Of a stretch of 64,000 nt of DNA, positions 10,025 through 19,133 are shown one piece after another; position 1 is the first letter of the stretch; the number at the start of each line of letters is the position of its first letter. Source of the DNA: a virus; the IMG/VR virus record IMGVR_UViG_3300001530_000094, one strand, 5' to 3'. The notes beneath the pieces are model-generated. The model did not search any database. It saw only the letters and a program-made list of their open reading frames with translations, and was not told where the DNA came from. Position numbers and translations under genes: made by a program.

Positions 10025-10705
10025 CTAAACATGAAACTTATAAAGCAATATTTGAATTGGGTAGACCTATAATAGAAGATTCCAGACATCCATATTTACA
10101 TCTAGCATATAAACTAAAACTTAATAATTACAGAGTAATTACTGATGGAGAGCTGATGGTGAAAGGAAAAGATTTAGAAATTCCAGAATATATGAAAGAG
10201 TTTTTAAGATTTCATGGAGAAGCTTTAATGATAGCTAATATAATTAGTGAAAAAGTAATTTCTATAGTTCTTAGAAGTATAAATACTAAAAAAGAGTTTC
10301 AAAAAGTAGGAGTAATGAAGAATATGCTATACGGTTTGGGACAACTTTCAGACAATTTTAAGTTTCGGACAACCTATATTATTAGTAGAAGGACATTTAG
10401 ATAGAGATACAATGTCTGAATTTTATCCTAATGTTTTAGCTCTTACAACAAATAAAATATCTAACACTCAAAGAGATATTCTTAAATCTTTAAGCAATAA
10501 ATTTATTTTAATGTTAGACAATGATGAAGCTGGCAGAATAGGAACTAAAGATGCTTATTATAAACTTAAAGGATGTAAAATTCAAGAGTTAAAGCATTTA
10601 GCTAATATGAAGGATGCTGGTGACTTAAACAAATTAGAATTTACTAATAAATCAGAGTATGATTGGGTAACTACTAACTATAAAATGCAGATTGAAATGT
10701 TTTAA
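10021..10705 (+). CDS. DnaG-type Toprim primase; reading frame requires +1 shift at CGG 10366-10368
   Basis: Joining frames gives MLYGLGQLSDNFKF[G]QPILLVEGHLDRDTM...FILMLDNDEAGRIG (Toprim motifs); second ORF lacks RBS; length (685-1)/3 is an integer. Confidence 0.85.
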
Positions 10706-10742
10706 AAACTTGCATACTATATAATAAGTAAAGGAGTTAATT

Positions 10743-10925
10743 ATGAAGACAGGAGATAATGTATTGTTCTATTATAAAAATAGAGCATACTCTGGAGAAA
10801 TCACTAGTATAAATTTACAAATTCAAAACACTATTGTTTATAATGTAAGATGCGGTGTATCTAATGAATTTGAAATTTGGAAAAATAAACTTACTGGAGA
10901 AATAGTTGATATTAAGAAATTATAA
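10743..10925 (+). CDS. hypothetical protein
   Basis: ORF with RBS aaaggagtt. Confidence 0.6.
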   Translation: MKTGDNVLFYYKNRAYSGEITSINLQIQNTIVYNVRCGVSNEFEIWKNKLTGEIVDIKKL

Positions 10926-10943
10926 GAAGGAGAGAAGTAGATA

Positions 10944-11981
10944 ATGATTACACAAGAATGTAGACCTAAAACATTTAAAGAAGTAAGTGGACAGACTATT
11001 CCTAAGTCTGTTCTACAAGCAATTTGTAAATCACCGTCTACTTCACCTAGAACTATAATTTTAGAGGGAGAGTATGGCACAGGTAAGACTAGTTGTGCTA
11101 GAATATTTGCAAAAGCATTAAACTGTAAACATAGAACAAAAACTGGAGATGCTTGTGGAAAGTGTGATAATTGTTTATGTGACATAGATAAATCTATGTT
11201 TTACGCAGAGTATGACTCTTCTGTAATTGGTAATATAACAGACATAAAAGAGCTTAAAGATACATTTTATTTTAATGAGTCTTTAGGATATAAAGTAGTT
11301 GTTTTAGATGAAGCTCATTTAATAACACCTCAAGCTCAGTCGACTCTTTTAAAATTATTTGAAGAAGGTGTAGAAGGAGTATTTTTTGTTCTTTGTACTA
11401 CTAATTCTTCTAAAATTTTAAATACTATACGTTCTAGAGCTTTATCTTTAAGATTTGACTTGTTGAGTACTGAAGAAGTTGAAAAAAACTTAAAAAATAT
11501 TTGTGAAAATAGTTTACAAATTGAAATAGAAAGTGATATAATCCAATTAATAGCAGAACAAAGTAAAGGTCATTTAAGAAATGCACACATGTTATTAGAA
11601 CAATACAGACTGTTAGGTAGAGAAGAATTTACTAATTTATATAGAAGTTGTTCAGAGTTATATAAAACATTTCTATATTTAGTGGTTACTAATAAATCTG
11701 AGCATTTACCAAGAGTAATTGAACTTTTACTAAGACATAAGTTAGCAGATTTAAAATCAGAATATGAGTTATTTGTATTAAATATAATAAAGATTTACTA
11801 TAATAAAACACAGGTTGAAGATAAACAACTAAATTTAGTTTTGAATATATATAAAAATAGAAAAAATAGTTTTATAGATGTATTAAATAATTATAGAAAT
11901 TATGACATGTTTAACTCAGATACAAGATTTGCTTCACTTATGTGGCTATTAGCAGACAGACTACGACAACTAATTTTGTAG
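10944..11981 (+). CDS. clamp loader ATPase (DnaX/RfcS-like)
   Basis: GEYGTGKTSCARIFAKALNC, CGKCDNC zinc module, VVLDEAHLIT, RSRALSLRF. Confidence 0.9.
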   Translation: MITQECRPKTFKEVSGQTIPKSVLQAICKSPSTSPRTIILEGEYGTGKTSCARIFAKALNCKHRTKTGDACGKCDNCLCDIDKSMFYAEYDSSVIGNITDIKELKDTFYFNESLGYKVVVLDEAHLITPQAQSTLLKLFEEGVEGVFFVLCTTNSSKILNTIRSRALSLRFDLLSTEEVEKNLKNICENSLQIEIESDIIQLIAEQSKGHLRNAHMLLEQYRLLGREEFTNLYRSCSELYKTFLYLVVTNKSEHLPRVIELLLRHKLADLKSEYELFVLNIIKIYYNKTQVEDKQLNLVLNIYKNRKNSFIDVLNNYRNYDMFNSDTRFASLMWLLADRLRQLIL

Positions 11982-11994
11982 GAGGAAGTAATGA

Positions 11995-12564
11995 ATGGTT
12001 TATTCATCTGTTGAAGGATTAATAGACAACATAGTAGAAGTAGTTCAAAAAATGTTTTTCTTTTATGTGTATGATGAGGACACTATAAATGATTTAAAGC
12101 AAGAAGGCTACTTAATGGCTTATGAATTATTAGCTAAAGGAGAGTATGACCCTAGTAGAAGTCTTAGAAATTATCTTTTTACTGGTGTAAGAAATGCAAT
12201 GACAAACTTTATGTATAAAAAGAATAAAACTAAGAAAGATATTTCACATGACACTTTAGAATCAGCAGAATTTCAAGATTTCATGAATGTTACTGGAAAT
12301 GATTATTATGTAGGAAAAGTTTACACTAGAATAGAATATCAAATAGGGAGTGATATTACAGTTGATGATTTAAAAGAAGTTACAGATAAATACAAGAATT
12401 ATGGCAAAAATCTTTTGGATAAATCAGAGAAAAAACTATCAGACAAACTAAATTTAGAAATTACAGAAGAAATAAAAATAGATGGAGAGGATGATACATT
12501 ACCTATTGTGTATAATGTGATAATGGGAGAGGTTATATGGAACAAAGTAATGAGTTTGATATAA
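11995..12564 (+). CDS. phage sigma-70-like factor
   Basis: sigma region-2-like INDLKQEGYLMAYELLAKGEYDPSRSLRNYLFTGVRNAMTNFMYKKNK. Confidence 0.65.
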   Translation: MVYSSVEGLIDNIVEVVQKMFFFYVYDEDTINDLKQEGYLMAYELLAKGEYDPSRSLRNYLFTGVRNAMTNFMYKKNKTKKDISHDTLESAEFQDFMNVTGNDYYVGKVYTRIEYQIGSDITVDDLKEVTDKYKNYGKNLLDKSEKKLSDKLNLEITEEIKIDGEDDTLPIVYNVIMGEVIWNKVMSLI

Positions 12565-13128
12565 GAGATGAAAATCTTATACCTAGTGAGATAATAGAGA
12601 AGAAAATGATAAAGGGAGATAAAGAGAAAAAAGAATATGAGCCACGGCAGTTTAGTACTCTTTAGAAAGATGACACCAGAACAATATGATATATTTATAC
12701 AACAACTTTCAGACTCAGTAGGCTACAAACTTGATTTACTTAAAAAAATAATATCTAATAGCATAAAAAGAGGAGAAGATGATAATATTTTATTCTTAAG
12801 AATATTGGACGCTTTTGCAGGAACAAGTATAAGCTTTCCTAAGAGAAGACAATCTTTTCAATATTTAGATAAAACTTTTATGTATACTAAGGCCAAGAAC
12901 CATAATTTTACAGAAGATATTTATAATAGTATTGCAAAACATCATGATGAAAAATTAGCTGTAGTTAAAAATAGAGTTTTAAGAATTTCTAAGTTATTAG
13001 ATGATGAAGAATATACTACTTTAGTTAGAGAACAAGATAAACTTAAGAAAAAGAGAAGAGAAGCTAGAGAAGAAAAAAGAAAACTAAGAGAGGCAAAAGA
13101 AAGAAAAGATAATGAAGAAAGTACATAG
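12537..13128 (+). CDS. hypothetical protein; requires +1 shift at CGG 12645-12647
   Basis: RBS gggagagg upstream of ATG 12537; frame continues as ...KKEYEP[G]SLVLFRKMTPEQYD after skipping one C; the 12637 ATG has no RBS; (592-1)/3 is an integer. Confidence 0.7.
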
Positions 13129-13151
13129 TAATATATAAAGGAGGTAGAAAT

Positions 13152-13655
13152 ATGATAGTTTGTTTAGAAGGACCAGATGGCTCAGGAAAAAGTACTTTAG
13201 TAAGATATCTTCAAGAAAAATATAATATGAAAATGAAACATTCAAGTTCTGAAACTAAAAATGATTTTCAATATCATTTAGATTTATTAGAAGAAGACAA
13301 TGTAGTCTTAGATAGAGCTAATCTTGGAGAAATAGTATATCCAGAAGTATATGGTAGAAATCCTAAAATGACTTGGGATAATCAAATAGATTTTATGAAT
13401 GCTTGCATGGACAAAGGTGTAATTTATATAATCTTTTACGCATCAGACTTTAATACTTTAAAAGAAAGATTATTTAAAAGAGGAGATACTCAACAAGTGC
13501 TAGAAAATGCAGAGAAAATAAATTTAGTATTTAAAACTTTAGCACACATGTTTTCAGAACTTTATCCTAATGTGTATGCATTAGATATTTCTAAGGAGTC
13601 AGACCAGATTAAATTTTTCGAAGATATTTTAAAGGAGAAAACAGATGGAGAATGA
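13152..13655 (+). CDS. thymidylate/deoxynucleoside monophosphate kinase-like
   Basis: CLEGPDGSGKSTLVRYL Walker A, VVLDRANLGEIVYPEVYGR. Confidence 0.8.
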   Translation: MIVCLEGPDGSGKSTLVRYLQEKYNMKMKHSSSETKNDFQYHLDLLEEDNVVLDRANLGEIVYPEVYGRNPKMTWDNQIDFMNACMDKGVIYIIFYASDFNTLKERLFKRGDTQQVLENAEKINLVFKTLAHMFSELYPNVYALDISKESDQIKFFEDILKEKTDGE

Positions 13656-13884
13656 GTTTTATGAACATTTAGTAATTTCTGGGAGAGATGAGAATTTTCA
13701 AAACGATTTAACTAAAGCTTCTATAGCAGGTTGGGAAACAGTTCATATAAATTCTTTTCCAGTAGAAAAGCCAGATATGCTAAAACATGGCTATACTATA
13801 GAATTAATCTATACAGCAGTTTTAAGAAGATTAAGAAGCAGAGAGGAGTTAAAAGATGATAACAGAAAACTTGAAACAACATAG
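13645..13884 (+). CDS. hypothetical protein
   Basis: ORF with RBS aaggag. Confidence 0.55.
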   Translation: MENEFYEHLVISGRDENFQNDLTKASIAGWETVHINSFPVEKPDMLKHGYTIELIYTAVLRRLRSREELKDDNRKLETT

Positions 13885-14869
13885 AGAAGAACAGTGGACA
13901 GAACAATATTATAAAGAATCAAAAGAAATAATACAAAATAAAGATATACTTCCGATTGTTGTTCCATCGTATAGAAGAGGATATGCTGCTTCTACTTTAC
14001 AGGCTTTGAAAGATTTTCCTGAGTTAAAAGTAGTAGTATTTATATATGAAGAAGAGTTTGATTTATATAGACATTTATTTGAAACATATCCTCATATACA
14101 ATATCAACTATGCTCAGGATTTAGAGGAATTGCTCCTAAAAGAAAGTATATTACTGAAAGAATGGTACAATTAGGAATGCCAGAATTTTTTGAGATAGAT
14201 GATGATGCAACAGCATTTTTCTATACAAAACATGGTAGTATGAAAAAAGACCCTACAAAGTACAAAGCAGAGAAGACCCAGATTGACATACAAGACTTTT
14301 TCAGAATGTTCCAATATATTATTAAATATAAAGCGCTAGAAAAAATAGACTTATGCGGAATAATTTTTGATAACGGAGCTTGGGCTCAAGATTTAAGAAC
14401 TTTACCTGATATTATTTATATCGGCGGACAAGCTTTTTGCTTTTATTTAGATGCAAAGGCTTGCTTAGACAAAGGATTGAACTATTATGTAGAAGATAAA
14501 ATTTGGGAAGATTTTGATTTTTCAATGCAAGTAATAAATGCAGGGTTAAACTCTTGTCAAATAAGATATTTAACTGCTTCTACACCTACTATGACTCCCG
14601 GAGATTCAGTCGCTACTGCAGCTGGTTCACCTTGGGCACAGAAATCAGTAAATCTATATAAAAGATGGGGAGACTTGATTAGGTTTAAACCTATGAAGGG
14701 TGAGTTGAATGCTAAAATAAAATGGACTACTATTAGAAATCAACTTAAGAAAGACGGTCATTTAACTATCACTTATAATCCAGTTTATATGGAGTTTATA
14801 AATAGAAATGATTATGATGGATTAACACATTATATAGAACAAGAAAAGAATAAAAATGAGGAGGTATAA
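13856..14869 (+). CDS. GT-A-like glycosyltransferase, resembling the TET/JBP-associated glycosyltransferase (TAGT) type of base-modifying phages
   Basis: PIVVPSYRRG...EIDDDATAFFY...DLCGIIFDNGAW...EDFDFSMQVINAG; adjacent to hydroxymethylase and dNMP kinase. Confidence 0.55.
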   Translation: MITENLKQHREEQWTEQYYKESKEIIQNKDILPIVVPSYRRGYAASTLQALKDFPELKVVVFIYEEEFDLYRHLFETYPHIQYQLCSGFRGIAPKRKYITERMVQLGMPEFFEIDDDATAFFYTKHGSMKKDPTKYKAEKTQIDIQDFFRMFQYIIKYKALEKIDLCGIIFDNGAWAQDLRTLPDIIYIGGQAFCFYLDAKACLDKGLNYYVEDKIWEDFDFSMQVINAGLNSCQIRYLTASTPTMTPGDSVATAAGSPWAQKSVNLYKRWGDLIRFKPMKGELNAKIKWTTIRNQLKKDGHLTITYNPVYMEFINRNDYDGLTHYIEQEKNKNEEV

Positions 14870-14871
14870 TT

Positions 14872-15216
14872 ATGGCTACTGAAGAACAAATAAGAAGTTT
14901 TCAGGCTACAGGTTTAACTAGAGAAGCATCTGAAAGATTAGCTAGTAAAGCTTATGATATGGATTTTGGAAAAGCTATTAGAGCATTAAAAGAAGGTAAA
15001 CAAGTTGCTAGAAAAGGTTGGAATGGTAAAGAACAATATATAGAATTAGCAACAGATATAAGTTATAAAAATACAAAAGGAGAAATAATTAATGCAGAAC
15101 ATCAAGCTATTGGAAATCAAGCAATAGCATTTGTTGGTACTTCTGGAGTTCAGTTAGGTTGGTTAGCAAGTCAAGCAGATATATTAGCAACTGACTGGTA
15201 CATAAAGGAGGACTAA
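14872..15216 (+). CDS. tad2: DUF2829 / Tad2-like anti-Thoeris protein
   Basis: MDFGKAIRALKEGKQVARKGWNGKEQYIELA...LGWLASQADILATDWYI. Confidence 0.85.
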   Translation: MATEEQIRSFQATGLTREASERLASKAYDMDFGKAIRALKEGKQVARKGWNGKEQYIELATDISYKNTKGEIINAEHQAIGNQAIAFVGTSGVQLGWLASQADILATDWYIKED

Positions 15217-15915
15217 ATGAAGAGAATATTAAATACAGACTATTTTGATGTTAATGATATTAGACAAACTTTAGTAAATAAATGGTATAATAAAGATTTT
15301 GATGATACAGGAAATGTAGCAATAATTTCTGCATCATTTGTTGCAGATGAAGCTTATATAATAAGACCACCTAATGTAAAATATGTAGAAAGAGAACTTA
15401 AATGGTATTTATCAGAAAGTTTAAATGTAAATGATATTCCTGAAGGAGCTCCTACTATATGGCAACAAGTCTCAGATAAAGACGGTTTTATAAATTCTAA
15501 CTATGGTTGGACTACTTTTTCAAAAGAGAATTATAGTCAATTTGATAAAGTAGTAGAAGAATTATCTAAAAATAAAGCTAGTAGACAAGGAGTAATAATA
15601 TTTATCAGGCCTACAATGCATGAAGATAGTAAAAGAAATGGAATGCATGATTTTATCTGTACATATTGTTATACTTTTAAAATAGAGAAAGATAAACTTT
15701 ACATGATAGTAAACATGAGAAGTAATGATTGCGTATTTGGATATGATAATGACTGGGCATTTGCAGATTATGTACATGAAAGAATGTTAGCAGAGCTTAA
15801 GAAAACTTATCCAGGTTTAGATAAAGGTGTAATATTTTGGAGAGCAGATAATTTTCACTGTTATCCTAGACATTTTAAATATTTAGAAGAAATTTATATG
15901 AATAATCAAAAATAA
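15217..15915 (+). CDS. deoxycytidylate/deoxyuridylate hydroxymethylase (thymidylate synthase superfamily, T4 gp42-like)
   Basis: RPPNVKYVERELKWYLSESLNVNDI, NSNYGWTTF, MRSNDCVFGYDNDWAFADYV, NFHCYPRHF. Confidence 0.8.
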   Translation: MKRILNTDYFDVNDIRQTLVNKWYNKDFDDTGNVAIISASFVADEAYIIRPPNVKYVERELKWYLSESLNVNDIPEGAPTIWQQVSDKDGFINSNYGWTTFSKENYSQFDKVVEELSKNKASRQGVIIFIRPTMHEDSKRNGMHDFICTYCYTFKIEKDKLYMIVNMRSNDCVFGYDNDWAFADYVHERMLAELKKTYPGLDKGVIFWRADNFHCYPRHFKYLEEIYMNNQK

Positions 15916-15963
15916 AAGCATAATATAAATTATAATAAGTAAATTTGAAAGGAGCAATGTAAG

Positions 15964-16227
15964 ATGAAGATTACAGACGTAAGAATCAGAAAAATGGATA
16001 ATGGAGGAAAGAGAAGAGCAGTTGCTTCAGTAACTTTTGATAGCGAATTTGTTGTTCATGACATTAGTGTTATTGAAACTGAAAATGGAACTTTTATATC
16101 AATGCCTTCTAAGAGATTACCTAATGGAGAATATAGAGATATAGCTCATCCAATAACATCTGAAACTAGAAACAAAATTCAAGATGCAGTTTTAAACGCA
16201 TACGCTAATGAAATTGGACAATATTAA
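15964..16227 (+). CDS. spoVG: SpoVG family protein
   Basis: [10 protein letters not shown]...[20 protein letters not shown]...[34 protein letters not shown]. Confidence 0.97.
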   Translation: MKITDVRIRKMDNGGKRRAVASVTFDSEFVVHDISVIETENGTFISMPSKRLPNGEYRDIAHPITSETRNKIQDAVLNAYANEIGQY

Positions 16228-16261
16228 TATAGTTTATAGCGTTTTCCATAAATTTAATTTA

Positions 16262-16292
16262 GAACTATCCTAAGTGATAGTTCTTTATTTTT
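16262..16292 (+). terminator. intrinsic terminator
   Basis: GAACTATC-CTAAGT-GATAGTTC TTTATTTTT. Confidence 0.8.
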
Positions 16293-16323
16293 GCATAATA
16301 TAATTAAGAGGAGGTGAAAAAGA

Positions 16324-16776
16324 ATGGAAGATTTTAACTTAAAATTTATTAAAACTAAAGAAGTAAAAAGTCCAGTAAGAGGACATGACACAGATGCTGG
16401 TATAGATTTCTTTGTTCCAGAGGATTTTGAAAGAGTAAAATTAAATCCAGGAGAAGATGTTCTTATAGATGCTGGTATAAAAGTAATAGTACCTAAAGGA
16501 TATGCTTTAATCTTTAAAGAAAAATCTGGAGTAGCAACTAAAAAGAAATTAACTATAGGAGCTTGTGTAGTAGATTCAGACTACAGAGGTGTAGTTCATT
16601 TACACTTATTTAATAGTGGAACTGAAATAGAAACTGTAGAAGCTGGAGATAAAATTACTCAAGGTTTAGTAGTGCCAGTTTCTTTATGCAAACCAGAAGA
16701 AATATCAGAAGAAGAATATAATTCTTATGATACAGAGCGTGGAGAAGGCGGATTCGGTTCTACTGGCTCTAAGTAG
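16324..16776 (+). CDS. dut: dUTPase
   Basis: DTDAGIDFFVPEDF, KEKSGVATKKKLTIGACVVDSDYRG, RGEGGFGSTG. Confidence 0.95.
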   Translation: MEDFNLKFIKTKEVKSPVRGHDTDAGIDFFVPEDFERVKLNPGEDVLIDAGIKVIVPKGYALIFKEKSGVATKKKLTIGACVVDSDYRGVVHLHLFNSGTEIETVEAGDKITQGLVVPVSLCKPEEISEEEYNSYDTERGEGGFGSTGSK

Positions 16777-16825
16777 TTTACAGAAAAGTACATTGAAAAT
16801 TAAATAGAAAGGAAAGTAGAAATTT

Positions 16826-18319
16826 ATGTTAGTAACAGGAATTATTATTGGAGTCGCAGTTTTACTATTAGTTTTATTTATTATGGCAAGTTATACTAAA
16901 TGCCCACCAGATATGGTATATCTAGTATCTGGGTTGAGAAAAGAACCTAGAGTTATAATAGGAAAAGCTACATTTAAAATACCATTTTTTGAAAGAGTAG
17001 ATAAATTAACTCTAGAACTAATTCAGATAGATGTAAGAACTTCTAGTGTACCTACAGCTGACTTCATCAATGTAGATGTAGATGCTGTAGCAAATGTAAG
17101 AATACCTAAGGATAATGATTTAATACAAGTAGCTGCAAGACACTTTTTAAATCAAAGCTCTGATTATATAGCAAGAAATGTTCAACAAGTATTAGAAGGA
17201 AATATGAGAGAGATTATAGGTCAAATGCAATTAGTAGATTTAGTAAATAATAAACAAATCTTTTCTCAAAAAATCCAAGAGAATGCTAAAGATGACATTA
17301 AAGCTATAGGATTAGAAATAGTAAACTTAAATGTACAAAGTTGTACAGATGAGAATAATGCTATAAATGATTTAGGAATTGACAATTTAGTCAAAATTCA
17401 AAAAACTGCGAAGATTGCAAAAGCTGAATCAGAAAAAGAAATTAAAATAGCTGAGTCTAAAGCTGATGAAGAAGGAGCTAAAGCTAGAGCAGAAGCAGAT
17501 GCAAAAATAGCAGAACAACAAAAAGATTTAGAAATTAAGAAAGCAGAGTTTAAAATAGAACAAGATAGAAAGAAAGCAGAAGCAGATGCAGCATATTCAA
17601 TACAACAAGCACAACAACAGAAATCTATAAATGAAAGTACTGTAGCTGCAGAGGTAGCAAAAGCAGAGAAAGAAACAGAACTTAAAGAGAAAGAAGTAGC
17701 ATTAAAAGAAAAAGAACTTGATGCTTTAGTAAGAAAACAAGCAGATGCTGAAAGATATGCTGCAGAACAAAAAGCTGAAGCAGAGAAGAACGTAAGAATA
17801 CAGGAAGCAGAAGCAGACTTAGCAGATGCGGAAAGAGGAGCTAAAGCTAGAGTAGCTCAAGCAAAAGCAGAAAAAGAAGCGAGTGAACTAGAAGCTCAAG
17901 GTATAAAAGCTAAATTAGTAGCAGAAGCTGAAGGAAAGAAAGCTATATTATTAGCAGAAGCAGAGGGTGTAAAAGCTAAAGGTTTAGCTGAAGCAGAAGC
18001 TATAGAGAAGAAAGCAGAAGCACAAGCAAAGATGAAAGAAGCTTCTATTGTAGAAATGATAATGACAGCTTTACCTCAAATAGCTAAAGAAGTATCTACA
18101 CCTCTAAGCAATATAGACTCAATTACAATGTATGGAGACCAGTCAACTAAATTACTAGAAGAAAATACTCAGAAAATAGATAAAGTATTAAAAGTGGCTC
18201 AAGATTCATTGGGATTAGATTTAAAAAGTTTAGTAGCTGGATTTGCTGGTTCAGAGGTATTAAACAAAGTAGTAGATTCAAAAACTAAAAAATCTAATAA
18301 AACTCAAACATCAGAATGA
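16826..18319 (+). CDS. SPFH/flotillin-like membrane protein
   Basis: N-terminal TM, SPFH domain (RVDKLTLELIQIDVRTSSVPTADFINVDVDAVANVRI), long Ala/Glu-rich coiled coil. Confidence 0.85.
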   Translation: MLVTGIIIGVAVLLLVLFIMASYTKCPPDMVYLVSGLRKEPRVIIGKATFKIPFFERVDKLTLELIQIDVRTSSVPTADFINVDVDAVANVRIPKDNDLIQVAARHFLNQSSDYIARNVQQVLEGNMREIIGQMQLVDLVNNKQIFSQKIQENAKDDIKAIGLEIVNLNVQSCTDENNAINDLGIDNLVKIQKTAKIAKAESEKEIKIAESKADEEGAKARAEADAKIAEQQKDLEIKKAEFKIEQDRKKAEADAAYSIQQAQQQKSINESTVAAEVAKAEKETELKEKEVALKEKELDALVRKQADAERYAAEQKAEAEKNVRIQEAEADLADAERGAKARVAQAKAEKEASELEAQGIKAKLVAEAEGKKAILLAEAEGVKAKGLAEAEAIEKKAEAQAKMKEASIVEMIMTALPQIAKEVSTPLSNIDSITMYGDQSTKLLEENTQKIDKVLKVAQDSLGLDLKSLVAGFAGSEVLNKVVDSKTKKSNKTQTSE

Positions 18320-18370
18320 CTTCAGTGACATTTTTATAAAGAGTTAATATAATTTTATATCTTAGCGCTA
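18306..18370 (+). repeat. operon-end conserved element, copy 1
   Basis: aaacatcagaatgacttcagtgacattttta ... cttagcgctac. Confidence 0.7.
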
Positions 18371-18390
18371 CTAAAAATTTAAAATACCTA

Positions 18391-18419
18391 TTTACAAAAT
18401 TAAAATAATATGTTATAAT
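18391..18419 (+). promoter_or_regulatory. sigma70-like promoter TTTACA-N17-TATAAT
   Basis: tttacaAAATTAAAATAATATGTtataat. Confidence 0.8.
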
Positions 18420-18467
18420 GCACATATAAAGTAATTTTTGAAGTAAGTTCATTGGAGGTAAGACAGT

Positions 18468-18773
18468 ATGAATGAATTAAAGCGGTTGCAGCAAGAAATC
18501 TTAGAAAATAAGAAGAGACACGGATTTAATACAACAAACATTGAACAGGAATTTTGTTACTTATATGGAGAAGTTTCAGAAGCATACGAAGCGTATTATA
18601 AACAGAAAGACTCTTTATCTGAAGAATTAGCAGATGTAGCTATTTTTCTTTTAGGACTCTCAGAGATTTTAGGAATAGACCTTTATGAAGAGATAGAAAG
18701 AAAAGTTGTTATAAATTCTCAGAGAGTATACAGCTTCAATGATAACGGCAAACCGATAAGAACAGAAGGGTAA
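18468..18773 (+). CDS. MazG-like NTP pyrophosphohydrolase (contains 0-frame CGG at 18483)
   Basis: GFNTTNIEQEFCYLYGEVSEAYEAYYK...LSEELADVAIFLLGL; RBS ggagg. Confidence 0.8.
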   Translation: MNELKRLQQEILENKKRHGFNTTNIEQEFCYLYGEVSEAYEAYYKQKDSLSEELADVAIFLLGLSEILGIDLYEEIERKVVINSQRVYSFNDNGKPIRTEG

Positions 18774-18780
18774 TTACTTA

Positions 18781-18806
18781 CTTAGAGGAGATTTTCTCCT
18801 CTAAGC
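18781..18806 (+). terminator. hairpin CTTAGAGGAG/CTCCTCTAAG (possible terminator)
   Basis: perfect inverted repeat between genes. Confidence 0.5.
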
Positions 18807-18827
18807 ATATTATAAATAGGTGATAAC

Positions 18828-19133
18828 ATGGATGATTTAGAAAAAGAATTACAAAGACAGAAAGAATTTTTTCATCTTTTAGATTTAAGAGCAGAAAGAG
18901 ACCAGATAAGAGCAAAGCAAATGACTCAAACTATAATTCTTTGGGAAATAGTAGTATTTGCTATTTTAGCATCTCAGATTGCTAGAGCAGTGAATTTTAT
19001 ATCTATAACAACTCATGGAATAATATCTTTAACTATTCTTATTGCTCAATTTATAGCAATTCATTATATAAAAAGAAAAGCAGATGAAAAAATTAAAAAT
19101 AATAGAGAATTTCAAAGACATAATATAAAATAA
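18828..19133 (+). CDS. membrane protein, hypothetical
   Basis: ORF with two hydrophobic segments. Confidence 0.6.
   Translation: MDDLEKELQRQKEFFHLLDLRAERDQIRAKQMTQTIILWEIVVFAILASQIARAVNFISITTHGIISLTILIAQFIAIHYIKRKADEKIKNNREFQRHNIK

Noticed and set aside
12637-12660. CGG at 12645 as harmless third-position CAC GGC in ORF 12637
   Set aside because: The upstream RBS/ATG at 12537 places it as an in-frame CGG; reclassified as a recoding site.
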